Shown: positions 63,425 to 64,000 of the stretch, piece after piece
Layout: each line of letters begins with the position of its first letter
Position numbering within the stretch: the first letter of the stretch is position 1
Source of the DNA: Octopus bimaculoides
Taxonomy: Eukaryota
Reading direction: 5' to 3'
DNA: 64,000 nt
Assembly: GCF_001194135.2 (NCBI RefSeq)
Contig: NC_069002.1
Span: forward strand, 35,042,155-35,106,154
Notes under the pieces: model-generated
Told to the model about the DNA's origin: nothing
Seen by the model: the letters and a program-made list of their open reading frames with translations, nothing else
Databases searched by the model: none
Translations under genes and position numbers: made by a program

Positions 63425-63802
63425 TGTTCGATCTTAACCCATGAGCATGCCTCTTAGTGGTTGACGATATGTGCATCTTTGATCACGAGCAGAAATAGTA
63501 GGAAGAACATTATAGCTATGTCATGAGAGGAATTATTTGTGGTTTCAATAACCCACATCAGGAAATATGAGTTTCATTCATCATCCTTGAACAAATCTTA
63601 TTCAGGGACCTTTTTTAAATGGGAGGGCTACTCGACCTGCAGTAAATTCTAACTGGTCCCCACCTGGAACGTCATGCGCTGTTTATCTTGATATGAGTTC
63701 ACCATGTTGCGTACATATGGTTGTGATGCATGCGACTGATGAACTCTTATCGAACAGGTAGTTATGATGTTTATATTGGGCTTCGTATATTTATACCCCA
63801 GT
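63425..63802. mobile_element. Family D repeat, copy 3 (truncated), abutting a SINE B head at 63803-63830
   Basis: GTTGACGATATGTGCATCTTTGATCACGAGCAG...CGTATATTTATACCCCAGT followed by AAGGCGGCGAGCTGGCAGAAACGTTAG. Confidence 0.85.
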
Positions 63803-64000
63803 AAGGCGGCGAGCTGGCAGAAACGTTAGAACTCGCCCTCCAGATATGCTGAATACCGGACATTATGTTCTTCAGTGCCCCTTCCACGTGTGCCTGACTA
63901 GCCATTTATACATAACTGTTTTCTTGTATTGTTTCTACTAAAACCTCGGGGTGGAGAGAAGGCAATATTTGCTCGCGCTTTTTCCAACCTTATCAATTTA

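Noticed and set aside
1-64000. CRISPR arrays, rRNA genes, prokaryotic operons or contamination
   Set aside because: No regularly spaced repeat-spacer arrays, rRNA motifs or gene-dense segments were seen; composition is uniformly metazoan non-coding.

Overview
AT-rich, repeat-dense eukaryotic DNA from a gapped short-read assembly (12 N-gaps, most abutting (TA)n/(CA)n tracts). The SINE repertoire and microsatellite load look like an octopus or other coleoid cephalopod genome; this is inferred from repeat recognition only. I found no intact, recognisable protein-coding gene. Most ORF-track entries are translations of microsatellites, low-complexity DNA or gaps, and the remainder are short frames I could not assign. 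The window holds many tRNA-derived SINEs of three families (A, B, C) and three copies of an unclassified ~540-bp repeat (D) associated with (AAT)n. It also holds decayed autonomous elements: an R4/Dong-type RT fragment, an RTE-type 3' end with a C2H2 finger, a mariner transposase pseudogene and a Penelope-like relic. There are Tigger-like, piggyBac-like and Helentron-like non-autonomous elements, plus a few low-confidence exon candidates. The most notable signal is three unrelated minimal type-I hammerhead-ribozyme folds (22743-22787, 44854-44893, 46345-46377) plus one degenerate fold (43022). The 44854 fold heads a ~250-bp unit that has a ~99% identical inverted copy 21 kb away, which suggests a recently mobile Penelope-LTR- or retrozyme-like small retroelement.
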